A stretch of DNA of 15,373 bases from positions 1 to 15,373 of the forward strand of contig JAYODI010000109.1 of assembly GCA_038279365.1 (NCBI GenBank). Direction: 5' to 3'. Below, in pieces: positions 8,701 to 15,373 of the stretch (position 1 is its first letter; each line of letters starts with the position of its first letter). The notes under the pieces are model-generated. The model searched no databases. It was not told the DNA's origin and saw only the letters and a program-made list of their open reading frames with translations. A program made the translations under genes and the position numbers. This DNA is from Candidatus Latescibacterota bacterium (GTDB lineage: Bacteria > Latescibacterota > UBA2968).

Positions 8701-11425
8701 TGATGGCATTGTTAATCCCAATAAAAGCCAGCGAAGAAGCCGAAATATAAGCAATTGCACCACCGTCGGGTTTGTTGGTCATTTCTTCTGCCAAACAAAT
8801 AATGCGCGGATCCCAATGCAACCCATTCAAACAAGACATCCCAATAAACAACGGCAAACGCGCACCATTTTTGATTTGGCTCATATAATTAAAACCAGCT
8901 TGTTGAAAGGTGCCTGCAATAAACCGCGACATAGACGCCGCGCTTCCGTGTCCCATAAAGTTGACGATCAGGCGACCTTCATTCATTTGCCGAATTACTT
9001 CTTGCGACGATTCATTGGGCTCAGGTGTGGTATTGGCATCGTGATAAACCTTAAATGATTCCAAACCAATTTCTTCTGCCAACGCACTTAGCGAATCGCT
9101 GGGCTCCGTAAATAGTGTGGGCAGCAAATCATCATAGTTGGCCATAAGCAAAATGCGATCTCGCCAACGTCCCGCCAACGCATTGTCATAATCAATCACA
9201 CGCTGTACCGCCAAGTTGGCCTGCGACGTATAATTGATTGAAAAACGCCCCACAAAAACATCCATAAACAAATCGTCATCAACTCGCCCATAATATTCAT
9301 CTGTAAATGCCAACCCTCGTCGTACTGCCGATTGGAAAGGCAAGCTGGGCACAAAGTTTTGGCGTCCAAGCTGGGCCACATCAAACAAATTGCGATAATC
9401 AAAACTAGCCCGCCCAAACAACAACACATATTCAGGCCGTTGCGTCCATAGGGCAAATGCATTTTGCACAAAAGACCGAATCGCCACCGCATCCAAATGC
9501 CCAAATGAAAACTCATCATAAATATCAGCCACATCCACCACCATAGATGACAACCCCAAACTTTGACGATGATCGGCCAACCGCTGAGCCGCATCGCGAA
9601 ATTCTGTGGGTGTCACAATCACATACGCAGCACCTGCTTGTTGGCTCCGCAAATGAGATGCCACATCAACAGTGGCCACATTAGGCACCCGAATGGCGGT
9701 TTCATCTGCGGCCACAAAACGTCCTTGGGGTTGTGTTTCAAATTGCACATCAAAACGCGCGCCATTCGCCACAATCAAACCATTCAATTTTTGTGCCGAA
9801 TCAAGATTCAAAATGCGTATCCTATTGGACCCAAATCCTTTTACAGACACCCTTTTTTGTGCATTCAATTCAAATTTCAAAAAACCATCACCGGTTTCAA
9901 AACGACGTGGATAAGACACCGCGACCCAATTAAAATACACATGATCTACATAAGGAAGTGGCTCAAACGGATAAGACGGATCCCCTGGCGTTGTTAATAC
10001 CACACGGATGGTATCAGACAAAGCCGTTGCCGATACCGTGCCCGACACAACACGTGCCAATTGACCATCCCACCGATCTTCCACCACAACCGGCCCATCT
10101 TGCAACCGCACCACCGCATAATGATCGGGATTGATTGCATCCGAAATCGTTAATGAATGCATGCCCAGTTTAATCTCTGCCGTACCTTCCTTCACCACAC
10201 CGGGCAACACCACGGGCATCACCACCGAAGTGGCCACATCAATTGGTGAAGAAGGCGATGCCGTTCGCCGCCAAAACCAATGATCTCGGTTGGCATCTGC
10301 GGCAAACCCCAATGCATCAAATGTAGAATCAATTTCGGCATGAATTGCAGACACAAAAGAAGTCGATTCATCAAAACCACTGTTGGGTGACGCATCAACC
10401 GTTTCATATCGCGTACCAGGGCCTCCATCTACTGTCAACCAATACACACGGGTGCGTCCATACTCATTTACAAAATCGCGATCAGGCGCCCGCCGATATT
10501 GCCCCCAGAAAAACACCCCATCACCCGCATCCAATTGCCCATCGCCTCCGTCCTCCACCAGCAAAGGTATCTCACGACCATCCACATACATTTTTAATCG
10601 TTCCAAATCTCCCGCACCCAAACCAATACGAGACGCAGTAAACCAATTGGCATCCAAGCGATACAGGCCATCTTCAACAATATCGATCTTATAATACTGC
10701 GCCGTTGGGTCATACCAATCCAACCCTTGTTTGCGCAAAGGTTGAGAGGGTTGCCCACGCCAAGCACGTGCTTGTGCGGCATTGAGCAACCCCTTTTCAT
10801 AAACAGACTCAAACCCATCGCGATCCAATCCCACCCGCGATCTCACAGCTGGGCGATTTGCGCCCCGAACAAATGCCACACGCACCCGCAACCGACGGGC
10901 CACACGCAACACTTTCCGAACAGGGTTATACTGTACAGGTCGCAAAGAAAGTGTGACAACCCGTTGGTCGCGCATCACACCATCGTTGACAACAACCACT
11001 TCTTCGCCAGGGTAAAATGCGTCTGTGTGATACACATCCAAATCTTTTTCATAAACCGCGCGTGCTATCGGATAATCATCCGAACCAAGCCACTGCGTAT
11101 CTGGCACAGGCATCAAATCAACATCTTGTATCTCTTCATAATCCGCATGAATAACCGTTGCCACAATTTGTGCTCCAAACGGTACGCCCAACACCACACC
11201 ACGAGCTGGCACCGCAGGTGCCCCAAACGCCTGCCAATACACCCAATCTGGCACGTCAACCCGGTCTACGCTTTTGCCATTGATCTCAACCTGCCGCCGT
11301 GCCAAATCAAATGCCGTCACCTCAATCTCAACAGCATTGGACTCCGTTGCCACAAGTTCAACTTGGCCTGCTTGAGCAGCTCCAAACAGCATGCCAAAAA
11401 CCAACATCACCCTCATAATCTGCAT
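5726..11425 (-). CDS. Large secreted C25-family (gingipain/PorU-like) cysteine peptidase with propeptide, CARDB/Ig domains, a beta-propeller-like region and a T9SS type-A/FlgD-Ig-like C-terminal domain (~1899 aa)
   Basis: Signal peptide MQIMRVMLVFGMLFGAAQA|G (ATG at 11425 preferred over TTG 11482). Propeptide_C25 motifs (GAPAVP..GVP, FYPGE, RPVQYNP). C25 core motifs YVIVTP, IYDEFSFG, AIRSF, DVFVGRF, NFMGHG (His codon 8948-8950), GMSC (Cys codon 8831-8833), GGAIA and NLMGDP. CARDB motifs (VENWG, LDPNQVVVEGDEGNN, VQNRG). C-terminus SPNP...VYTLSGRLI...WTGLDNKGRPLANGTYLY...KFVVYR. Confidence 0.9.
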   Translation of the reverse strand: MQIMRVMLVFGMLFGAAQAGQVELVATESNAVEIEVTAFDLARRQVEINGKSVDRVDVPDWVYWQAFGAPAVPARGVVLGVPFGAQIVATVIHADYEEIQDVDLMPVPDTQWLGSDDYPIARAVYEKDLDVYHTDAFYPGEEVVVVNDGVMRDQRVVTLSLRPVQYNPVRKVLRVARRLRVRVAFVRGANRPAVRSRVGLDRDGFESVYEKGLLNAAQARAWRGQPSQPLRKQGLDWYDPTAQYYKIDIVEDGLYRLDANWFTASRIGLGAGDLERLKMYVDGREIPLLVEDGGDGQLDAGDGVFFWGQYRRAPDRDFVNEYGRTRVYWLTVDGGPGTRYETVDASPNSGFDESTSFVSAIHAEIDSTFDALGFAADANRDHWFWRRTASPSSPIDVATSVVMPVVLPGVVKEGTAEIKLGMHSLTISDAINPDHYAVVRLQDGPVVVEDRWDGQLARVVSGTVSATALSDTIRVVLTTPGDPSYPFEPLPYVDHVYFNWVAVSYPRRFETGDGFLKFELNAQKRVSVKGFGSNRIRILNLDSAQKLNGLIVANGARFDVQFETQPQGRFVAADETAIRVPNVATVDVASHLRSQQAGAAYVIVTPTEFRDAAQRLADHRQSLGLSSMVVDVADIYDEFSFGHLDAVAIRSFVQNAFALWTQRPEYVLLFGRASFDYRNLFDVAQLGRQNFVPSLPFQSAVRRGLAFTDEYYGRVDDDLFMDVFVGRFSINYTSQANLAVQRVIDYDNALAGRWRDRILLMANYDDLLPTLFTEPSDSLSALAEEIGLESFKVYHDANTTPEPNESSQEVIRQMNEGRLIVNFMGHGSAASMSRFIAGTFQQAGFNYMSQIKNGARLPLFIGMSCLNGLHWDPRIICLAEEMTNKPDGGAIAYISASSLAFIGINNAINTAMLKRALGDRVLPIGQTLALAKMDVLAQLPVFEGGIVPMNLMGDPAQALALPSGPDFVIEESGLRLDRVSNLTTGDSVRVDIKVENWGLRHLGPMDLAVMDRNLDTGQTDTLLWVALPSFAQTDSVAILWDLKNRAGRHVLEVVLDPNQVVVEGDEGNNRISVDIEVLGALSAVPTLPHNSQTVSGSGARFGVRAGTGEGDLLGEFELSASPQFDGVDVQRSGLVTGTNGLLFWQPVGLTLGTYFWRARLIEGEIAGPWTGAQNVVISNSVPDRTVVWQQDGTTAFAQGEAQDVALLEGVVRRVQTPPPIRFNTAESSFSASGVLGTATLCTDGTYLYVKRFYSSQDLYPGKDVFERIGTGFNGTVAGQNYGVLAEVSVDGISATYHSDGFVYAEHRQSHSVIRISTATGNVDTVAVPDGLLDLARGLTFNDHALITSDGTYIYNVSSGVNGVRRAGWAVRVFDPSAGWQLVREFVVDPTSTGFGYLFTDGIIADGRFLYLIEFGTGLTHRVRVVDAQTGAFVEEFESDQATTDILGGQYDWANNRIWLGQLNGPRIYQYLGRRLPDFGTLTSIPVGPSSGWQSLSLFLDGSGRVDVDLLGETERGTFVALPAYQALDGSVPIDLKGVGVNTQRLKVRARFFGEGLNASSGLKTWTVNYQPLSDIALSNLQAEPSVVQELQTVRLTVNVQNRGPLDLALGTSVAFYAGDPSQGRLIGRAAIPERTLVGDVATVGWVWQTAQFAGQHIVTARLEDFQNRPAFVGRQVVLDNPVIITPSNDTSVPLVDIVALDALGEVRADDYLPASPTFRVTVRDSAGINLSSVRFSLSGSGELIDGDYESGRIEDRQVTPYSLSFVYAPAPLVDDRYVLTVLATDKLGNGPAQKTLAFQVTSDLFIENVLVSPNPVAQDAHFTFILSRPAETAVRVYTLSGRLIAFLEDPFARAGYNQIAWTGLDNKGRPLANGTYLYTISAQDGASKVRVKEKFVVYR

Positions 11426-11532
11426 ATAATAACTTTCACGTTGGCGCTGCACCATTTCACCCACCTTTTCCCAAAAGCGCAATTAAGAATCCAGGTTGTC
11501 ACACACAGACACTTCCACAATTTTCTTAAAAT

Positions 11533-13053
11533 TCAAAACGTCTTTAAGCGTTCGCCATCAAAAAAAACAATCCGATCATCAAATTTTAAATCAATCATAA
11601 CAGACATCAGATATTCAGATAGTACATTCAAATGCCCCCACTCTTGTTCCAACAAAAAAGGCGGTTGCAATGCTTCTTTTCCCCCATGAAAAGAAAAATA
11701 TCCACCATCGACAATCTGAATTTGAAACAAATTTTCTTGGGGTTCAACAACACACGTCATATCTCCCGTCAACCAAACATGATTCACCATCACAATATCT
11801 GCTGATATTGGGTGAGCAGATCGCATGGAAACGGCATTTTTAAGTGCAAAAGCAAAAAGAGGTTTGCCACCAATACTTTTAGGTGGTGTCCATGCCGAAG
11901 GTGTATTCAGTACAAACAATCGCCCGTGTGTCGTTTGTGCATAAGGCAACACATCTGCCACAAACCCTTCACTCACACGCGATGCATCACGCCAGATCAC
12001 GCCTTCACGAATCATCACACCCGTATAATACAACAGCAAACCCACAAACAAAAATGAGAAAATATGTCCAGACTGTCGCATCCAAATATCAGCAACCACC
12101 AAACAGAAAAAAGCGGATGGAATGTATAAATACCAGTTGTGCAAATGCCCCAATACAGGTACCAAACTCACCACACAAACCATCGTCAGCATCAAAGGCA
12201 AAGAACGAACCCAACGTCTATTTTTTCGAAAATCCCCAAAAAACAATCCACCCGTGATAACCAAAACTACTCCGCCAAACCACTTCAAGTCGGTCATTCC
12301 AAACTTGGCAAAAGATTTTGCCAAATCAACACCCCATCGCACAACCGAAAACCGAATACTGGGTGTGCCCCCAAATATGCCACCCAATACCACCCACCTC
12401 ACAACAAAATAGATCAATAACACAATCACCACAGCCCCCACACCCAACACACCACTTTTGGCCATCAAACGATTGCGATACCAAGCCAACACCAGCAAAA
12501 CACCTGGCAAAGACAAAGCCATCTCTTTTGACAAAAAAGCCAAACCCGCACAAACAATCAAAAACATCAGCTTCCACACAGACCATTCTTCCAACAGCTT
12601 TAAAAAAGCAATCATACTCCCCAAATAAAATAACGCACAAACCGTATCCGTACGTCCCACAATCCAAAACACAGAATCGGTGTGAATCGGCAAAACAAAA
12701 AACAATCCTGCACTTCCCCAACAAACCCAATCCAACAAACCCAATTGTCTGCCCAATACAAAAACCAAACCCGCGCACCCTGCGTGAATCAAAACATTGA
12801 GCACATGATAACCCGCTGGATCAAATCCACCGATCAAATAATTCAGATAAAATGACAAAACAACAATTGGGCGATAATACCCCCCTTGCCCAATCAGACC
12901 TTCCCACCCCGTTGTCAAAATAAACCCCACACCATTTGCAGCCAATTTCAGGTGCCCCCAATCGTCGTCTAATAACGAAACACCAGCCGACAGCCAGGCA
13001 AACCCAACAAAGGCAATCACAAAGAAAAAAAGACCGAAAAACCGATTCACCAT
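11533..13053 (-). CDS. Multi-pass membrane GT-C-fold glycosyltransferase (TMTC/PMT/ArnT-like), lacking TPR repeats
   Basis: 506 aa with roughly 10-11 hydrophobic segments. Acidic DDD after TM1 (12961-12969), YYRP (12868-12879), YHVLNVLIH, PIHTDSVFWIVGRTD, LSKE and YLYIPS form the motif series of TMTC-type membrane domains. A soluble C-terminal tail of about 150 aa follows. Confidence 0.8.
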   Translation of the reverse strand: MVNRFFGLFFFVIAFVGFAWLSAGVSLLDDDWGHLKLAANGVGFILTTGWEGLIGQGGYYRPIVVLSFYLNYLIGGFDPAGYHVLNVLIHAGCAGLVFVLGRQLGLLDWVCWGSAGLFFVLPIHTDSVFWIVGRTDTVCALFYLGSMIAFLKLLEEWSVWKLMFLIVCAGLAFLSKEMALSLPGVLLVLAWYRNRLMAKSGVLGVGAVVIVLLIYFVVRWVVLGGIFGGTPSIRFSVVRWGVDLAKSFAKFGMTDLKWFGGVVLVITGGLFFGDFRKNRRWVRSLPLMLTMVCVVSLVPVLGHLHNWYLYIPSAFFCLVVADIWMRQSGHIFSFLFVGLLLYYTGVMIREGVIWRDASRVSEGFVADVLPYAQTTHGRLFVLNTPSAWTPPKSIGGKPLFAFALKNAVSMRSAHPISADIVMVNHVWLTGDMTCVVEPQENLFQIQIVDGGYFSFHGGKEALQPPFLLEQEWGHLNVLSEYLMSVMIDLKFDDRIVFFDGERLKTF

Positions 13054-13084
13054 ATACCTACTTAGAAAAATACAGTGTCATATT

Positions 13085-13130
13085 AAAAAACCGGCGAAGG
13101 CTGAGCATTACGCCCAACACCTGCCGGTTT
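13085..13130 (-). terminator. Long bulged hairpin with U-tract (terminator or attenuator) between the SDR and GT-C genes
   Basis: Minus-strand RNA AAACCGGC-AGG-ug-UUGGGC-guaau-GCUCAG-CCU-uc-GCCGGUUU-UUU. The inner stem needs G-U pairs that exist only on the minus strand, which supports this orientation. Confidence 0.7.
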
Positions 13131-13171
13131 AAAAAATAACATCACCCATTCAAACACTTTTGAGTCGTTTT

Positions 13172-14146
13172 TTAAGACTCATAATACTCAATAATCCGCC
13201 GCAGCGTTTGTTCCAAACTAATCGAGGGTTTATACCCCACAACCCGGGTAATCTTGGTTAAATCTGGCACCCGATAATTGAGGTCTTCATAAGAGCCTTT
13301 GGCGAACGCCTTATCATAAGGCACAAATTCAATCGGCGAATCACTTTCCGTTAAGCTTTTAATCTTTTCTGCCAAAGTCTTAATCGCAATTTCATTGGTT
13401 TCGCTGTTGCCACCCAAGTTAAAAATTTCGCCTGGCGTATCTTCATGAGCCATCAATGCCAGCAAACCATCTATGGCATCTTCAATATCCGTAAAACAGC
13501 GACGTTGTTCACCATCATTATATACTGTAATGGGATGCCCCAACAATGCCTGTTTAATAAAACGAGGCACCACCATACCATATTCAGCACTTTGCCGTGG
13601 TCCAATTACATTAAAAAACCGCACAATAATAACAGGCAATTTCTTTTCACGCCAATACGCCAACCCCAACATTTCATCAACTGCTTTGGATGTTGAATAA
13701 ATCCATCGCGTTACAGTCGTTGGCCCAAGCAAACGGTCGTCGTCTTCACTAAAAAGGGCTTTGCCATTCTTTTTGCCAGCAACCTCAGACGTAGAAGCCA
13801 AAAGCACACGCTTCTTATCTTTATTTGCCATTTCCAAAATAATTTCGGTGCCACGAATATTCGTCGTCAAAGATTGCAACGGATTGTTAATCACATAATT
13901 GACCCCCACAGCAGCAGCCAAGTGATAAATCACATCGCACCAATCTATGAGGGGTTTGAGTGTGCCAGGGTCTAAAACCGTTCCCACCTTCATATGAAAA
14001 TGGGGGTTATCTTCCAAATGACGCACATTGTCCAAGTCACCTGTAGACAAATCGTCTAAAACATAAACTTCATCGCCCTGTTTAAGCAATCGTTCAGCCA
14101 AATACGATCCAATAAAACCCGCACCACCCGTAATCAAAACCTTCAT
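13172..14146 (-). CDS. NAD-dependent nucleotide-sugar epimerase/dehydratase/decarboxylase (extended SDR, ArnA-decarboxylase/UXS-like), 324 aa
   Basis: TGGAGFIG Rossmann motif, HLAAAVG, ASTSEV, RWIYSTSK (YxxxK), RFFNVIGPRQ and GEQRRCF. Start moved to the ATG at 14146 (MKVLITGG), preceded by GGAAGGG. Confidence 0.92.
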   Translation of the reverse strand: MKVLITGGAGFIGSYLAERLLKQGDEVYVLDDLSTGDLDNVRHLEDNPHFHMKVGTVLDPGTLKPLIDWCDVIYHLAAAVGVNYVINNPLQSLTTNIRGTEIILEMANKDKKRVLLASTSEVAGKKNGKALFSEDDDRLLGPTTVTRWIYSTSKAVDEMLGLAYWREKKLPVIIVRFFNVIGPRQSAEYGMVVPRFIKQALLGHPITVYNDGEQRRCFTDIEDAIDGLLALMAHEDTPGEIFNLGGNSETNEIAIKTLAEKIKSLTESDSPIEFVPYDKAFAKGSYEDLNYRVPDLTKITRVVGYKPSISLEQTLRRIIEYYES

Positions 14147-14226
14147 GTGAACACCCTTCCCAGCAGCGGGCGCATGGAGCCCACCCCAGCTATCGATCTT
14201 AACACGATCCAAAATACCGTCAAAGC

Positions 14227-15315
14227 TCAGCCCTTTTTGACCTGAACAAAAGATTGTAAAATATGTAACAATCGTTGACTGCTGCTTTGAAGTGAAAAAT
14301 CACGTTCCATCTTTTTGCGCCCGGCCATTCCCAGACGCTTTCGCAATTCAGCATCTTCAATCAGCAAAGATAAACTTTGCACCCACTCCGTTAATGAATC
14401 AGCACAAAACCCATTTTTGCCATGGTCAACAATTTCTCGATTAATTTCAACCGGGCTGGCCACCACGGGCAACCCCATTGCCATATATTGAAGCAGTTTG
14501 TAACCACCCTTGCCCCTTGTAAAATCATCATCGGGTAAAGGCATCAAACCAATATCAAACTGACACAAATGTGCAACTTCCGTATCCAATGTCCAAGCAA
14601 AACTTTCAACTGGCATACCGTCAAACTGAAAGCTGGAAGCACCAATAAGATGCAATTTCACCAGTGGATAGCGTCGTCCAAGCTCCGCAAGTGAATCGCG
14701 AATTAAATCCAAATACTGCGTCGTGGTGGGGCTACCGATCCATCCCAAAACCACTTCATCTTTGGCCAAACGCTCACCAGGGGCATAACGCACCGTATCA
14801 ATAGGTCCTGTAATGCGCACCACTTGCGGGCAAAATCGCTGTGCATAGTCTGCCGTATAGGCATTTTCAACAACGGCGCATTGTGCAGTTTGTAACATTG
14901 CTGGCAAACCACGCTGACGGCGGCGATGACGTATTCGGCTTAACCAACTGGTTCCCACCGTCTCCACGGTGAAAATCGCATCATCAAAATCAAATAATAT
15001 CTTATGCCGGTATCGGCGTAAAAGCTTAGAAATTGGAGATGGGAAAATCACTTTTTGGATAAACAAAGCATCATAGCACGTGACAGACCAAAGACACCGA
15101 ATGCCCACACACCATGTACGAAACCAAGCCACCCAATAATATAACAACCGATTCACCACACCACCCGCATTCAAACGACGCACCCACTTGTCTGGGGCAA
15201 CAACAACAACATCGGCAACCACACCCGATTGCCTCAACAAAGGCAAATAATCAAAAACACGTGTGCGACTGCTGGCTGCCAATGGGCCGTATTGTGCCAC
15301 AAAAAGAACATGCAT
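14227..15315 (-). CDS. GT4 family (GT-B fold) glycosyltransferase
   Basis: ASSRTR, FDFDDAIF, LGWIGS and FDIGLMPL..DDFTRGKGGYKLLQYMAMGLPVVASPV..N.EIV.HG.NG, typical of a GT4 subfamily in polysaccharide clusters. The ATG at 15315 is a more likely start than TTG 15336. Confidence 0.9.
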   Translation of the reverse strand: MHVLFVAQYGPLAASSRTRVFDYLPLLRQSGVVADVVVVAPDKWVRRLNAGGVVNRLLYYWVAWFRTWCVGIRCLWSVTCYDALFIQKVIFPSPISKLLRRYRHKILFDFDDAIFTVETVGTSWLSRIRHRRRQRGLPAMLQTAQCAVVENAYTADYAQRFCPQVVRITGPIDTVRYAPGERLAKDEVVLGWIGSPTTTQYLDLIRDSLAELGRRYPLVKLHLIGASSFQFDGMPVESFAWTLDTEVAHLCQFDIGLMPLPDDDFTRGKGGYKLLQYMAMGLPVVASPVEINREIVDHGKNGFCADSLTEWVQSLSLLIEDAELRKRLGMAGRKKMERDFSLQSSSQRLLHILQSFVQVKKG

Positions 15316-15373
15316 AAGCTGTTGGAAACCTGTCAAATATAAACAGTGGGTATTAGAAAATCAAGCACTTAGG

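Noticed and set aside
7774-8750. Several 100-213 aa + strand ORFs (Pro/His/Gln-rich)
   Set aside because: All lie antisense within the C25 CDS and reflect the C/A-rich + strand.
5726-11425. Assigning the symbol porU or rgp/kgp
   Set aside because: Length and architecture (propeptide, CARDBs, propeller) differ from both, and orthology cannot be established without a phylogeny.
11426-11482. ORF-track N-terminal extension of the C25 protein (TTG start)
   Set aside because: A clean signal peptide starts at ATG 11425 (or 11416), and the extension would displace it.
10727-11689. 320-aa + strand ORF
   Set aside because: Antisense shadow of the C25 and GT-C genes. It has His/Asn/Ile-rich biased composition and no motifs, as expected from the strand skew.
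12326-12778. 150-aa Cys/Gly/Phe-rich minus-strand ORF that looks like a metal-binding protein
   Set aside because: Out-of-frame reading of the G/T-rich transmembrane coding region of the GT-C gene.
14147-14212. 22-aa N-terminal extension of the SDR
   Set aside because: The family starts at MKVLITGG, and ATG 14146 has a good SD (GGAAGGG).
15331-15336. TTGACA upstream of the GT4 gene as a -35 box
   Set aside because: It is only about 15 nt from the likely ATG, leaving no room for a -10 and a transcription start.

Overview
Gene-dense bacterial window with about 10 credible CDSs, 9 of them on the minus strand. I found no RNA genes, CRISPR array or mobile element. The right half, read on the minus strand, is a surface/glycan block: GT4 glycosyltransferase, then an ArnA/UXS-like nucleotide-sugar SDR, a terminator-like hairpin, a multi-pass GT-C enzyme carrying TMTC-type (protein O-mannosyltransferase-like) motifs but no TPRs, and a ~1,900-aa secreted C25 (gingipain/PorU-like) cysteine peptidase. 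The peptidase has an intact His-Cys dyad, CARDB/Ig domains, a beta-propeller-like insert and a T9SS-type/FlgD-Ig C-terminal domain. The left half holds a PhyH-type 2OG/Fe dioxygenase and an Amidohydro_2 enzyme (with an 8-bp tandem repeat between them), a beta-lactamase-fold serine hydrolase (the only + strand gene), a stand-alone receiver protein, a stand-alone PilZ protein and an RhmD-like enolase-superfamily dehydratase. Three intrinsic terminator-like hairpins are visible. The + strand is strongly C/A-rich whichever strand is coding. The gene mix suggests an FCB-group bacterium outside classical Bacteroidota (for example Latescibacterota-like), but that is inference only. The best candidate for an undescribed system is the GT-C plus C25/CTD pair, which may be a glycosylation-coupled surface protein sorting/anchoring module. 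All family calls come from motif recognition by eye, not from database searches.
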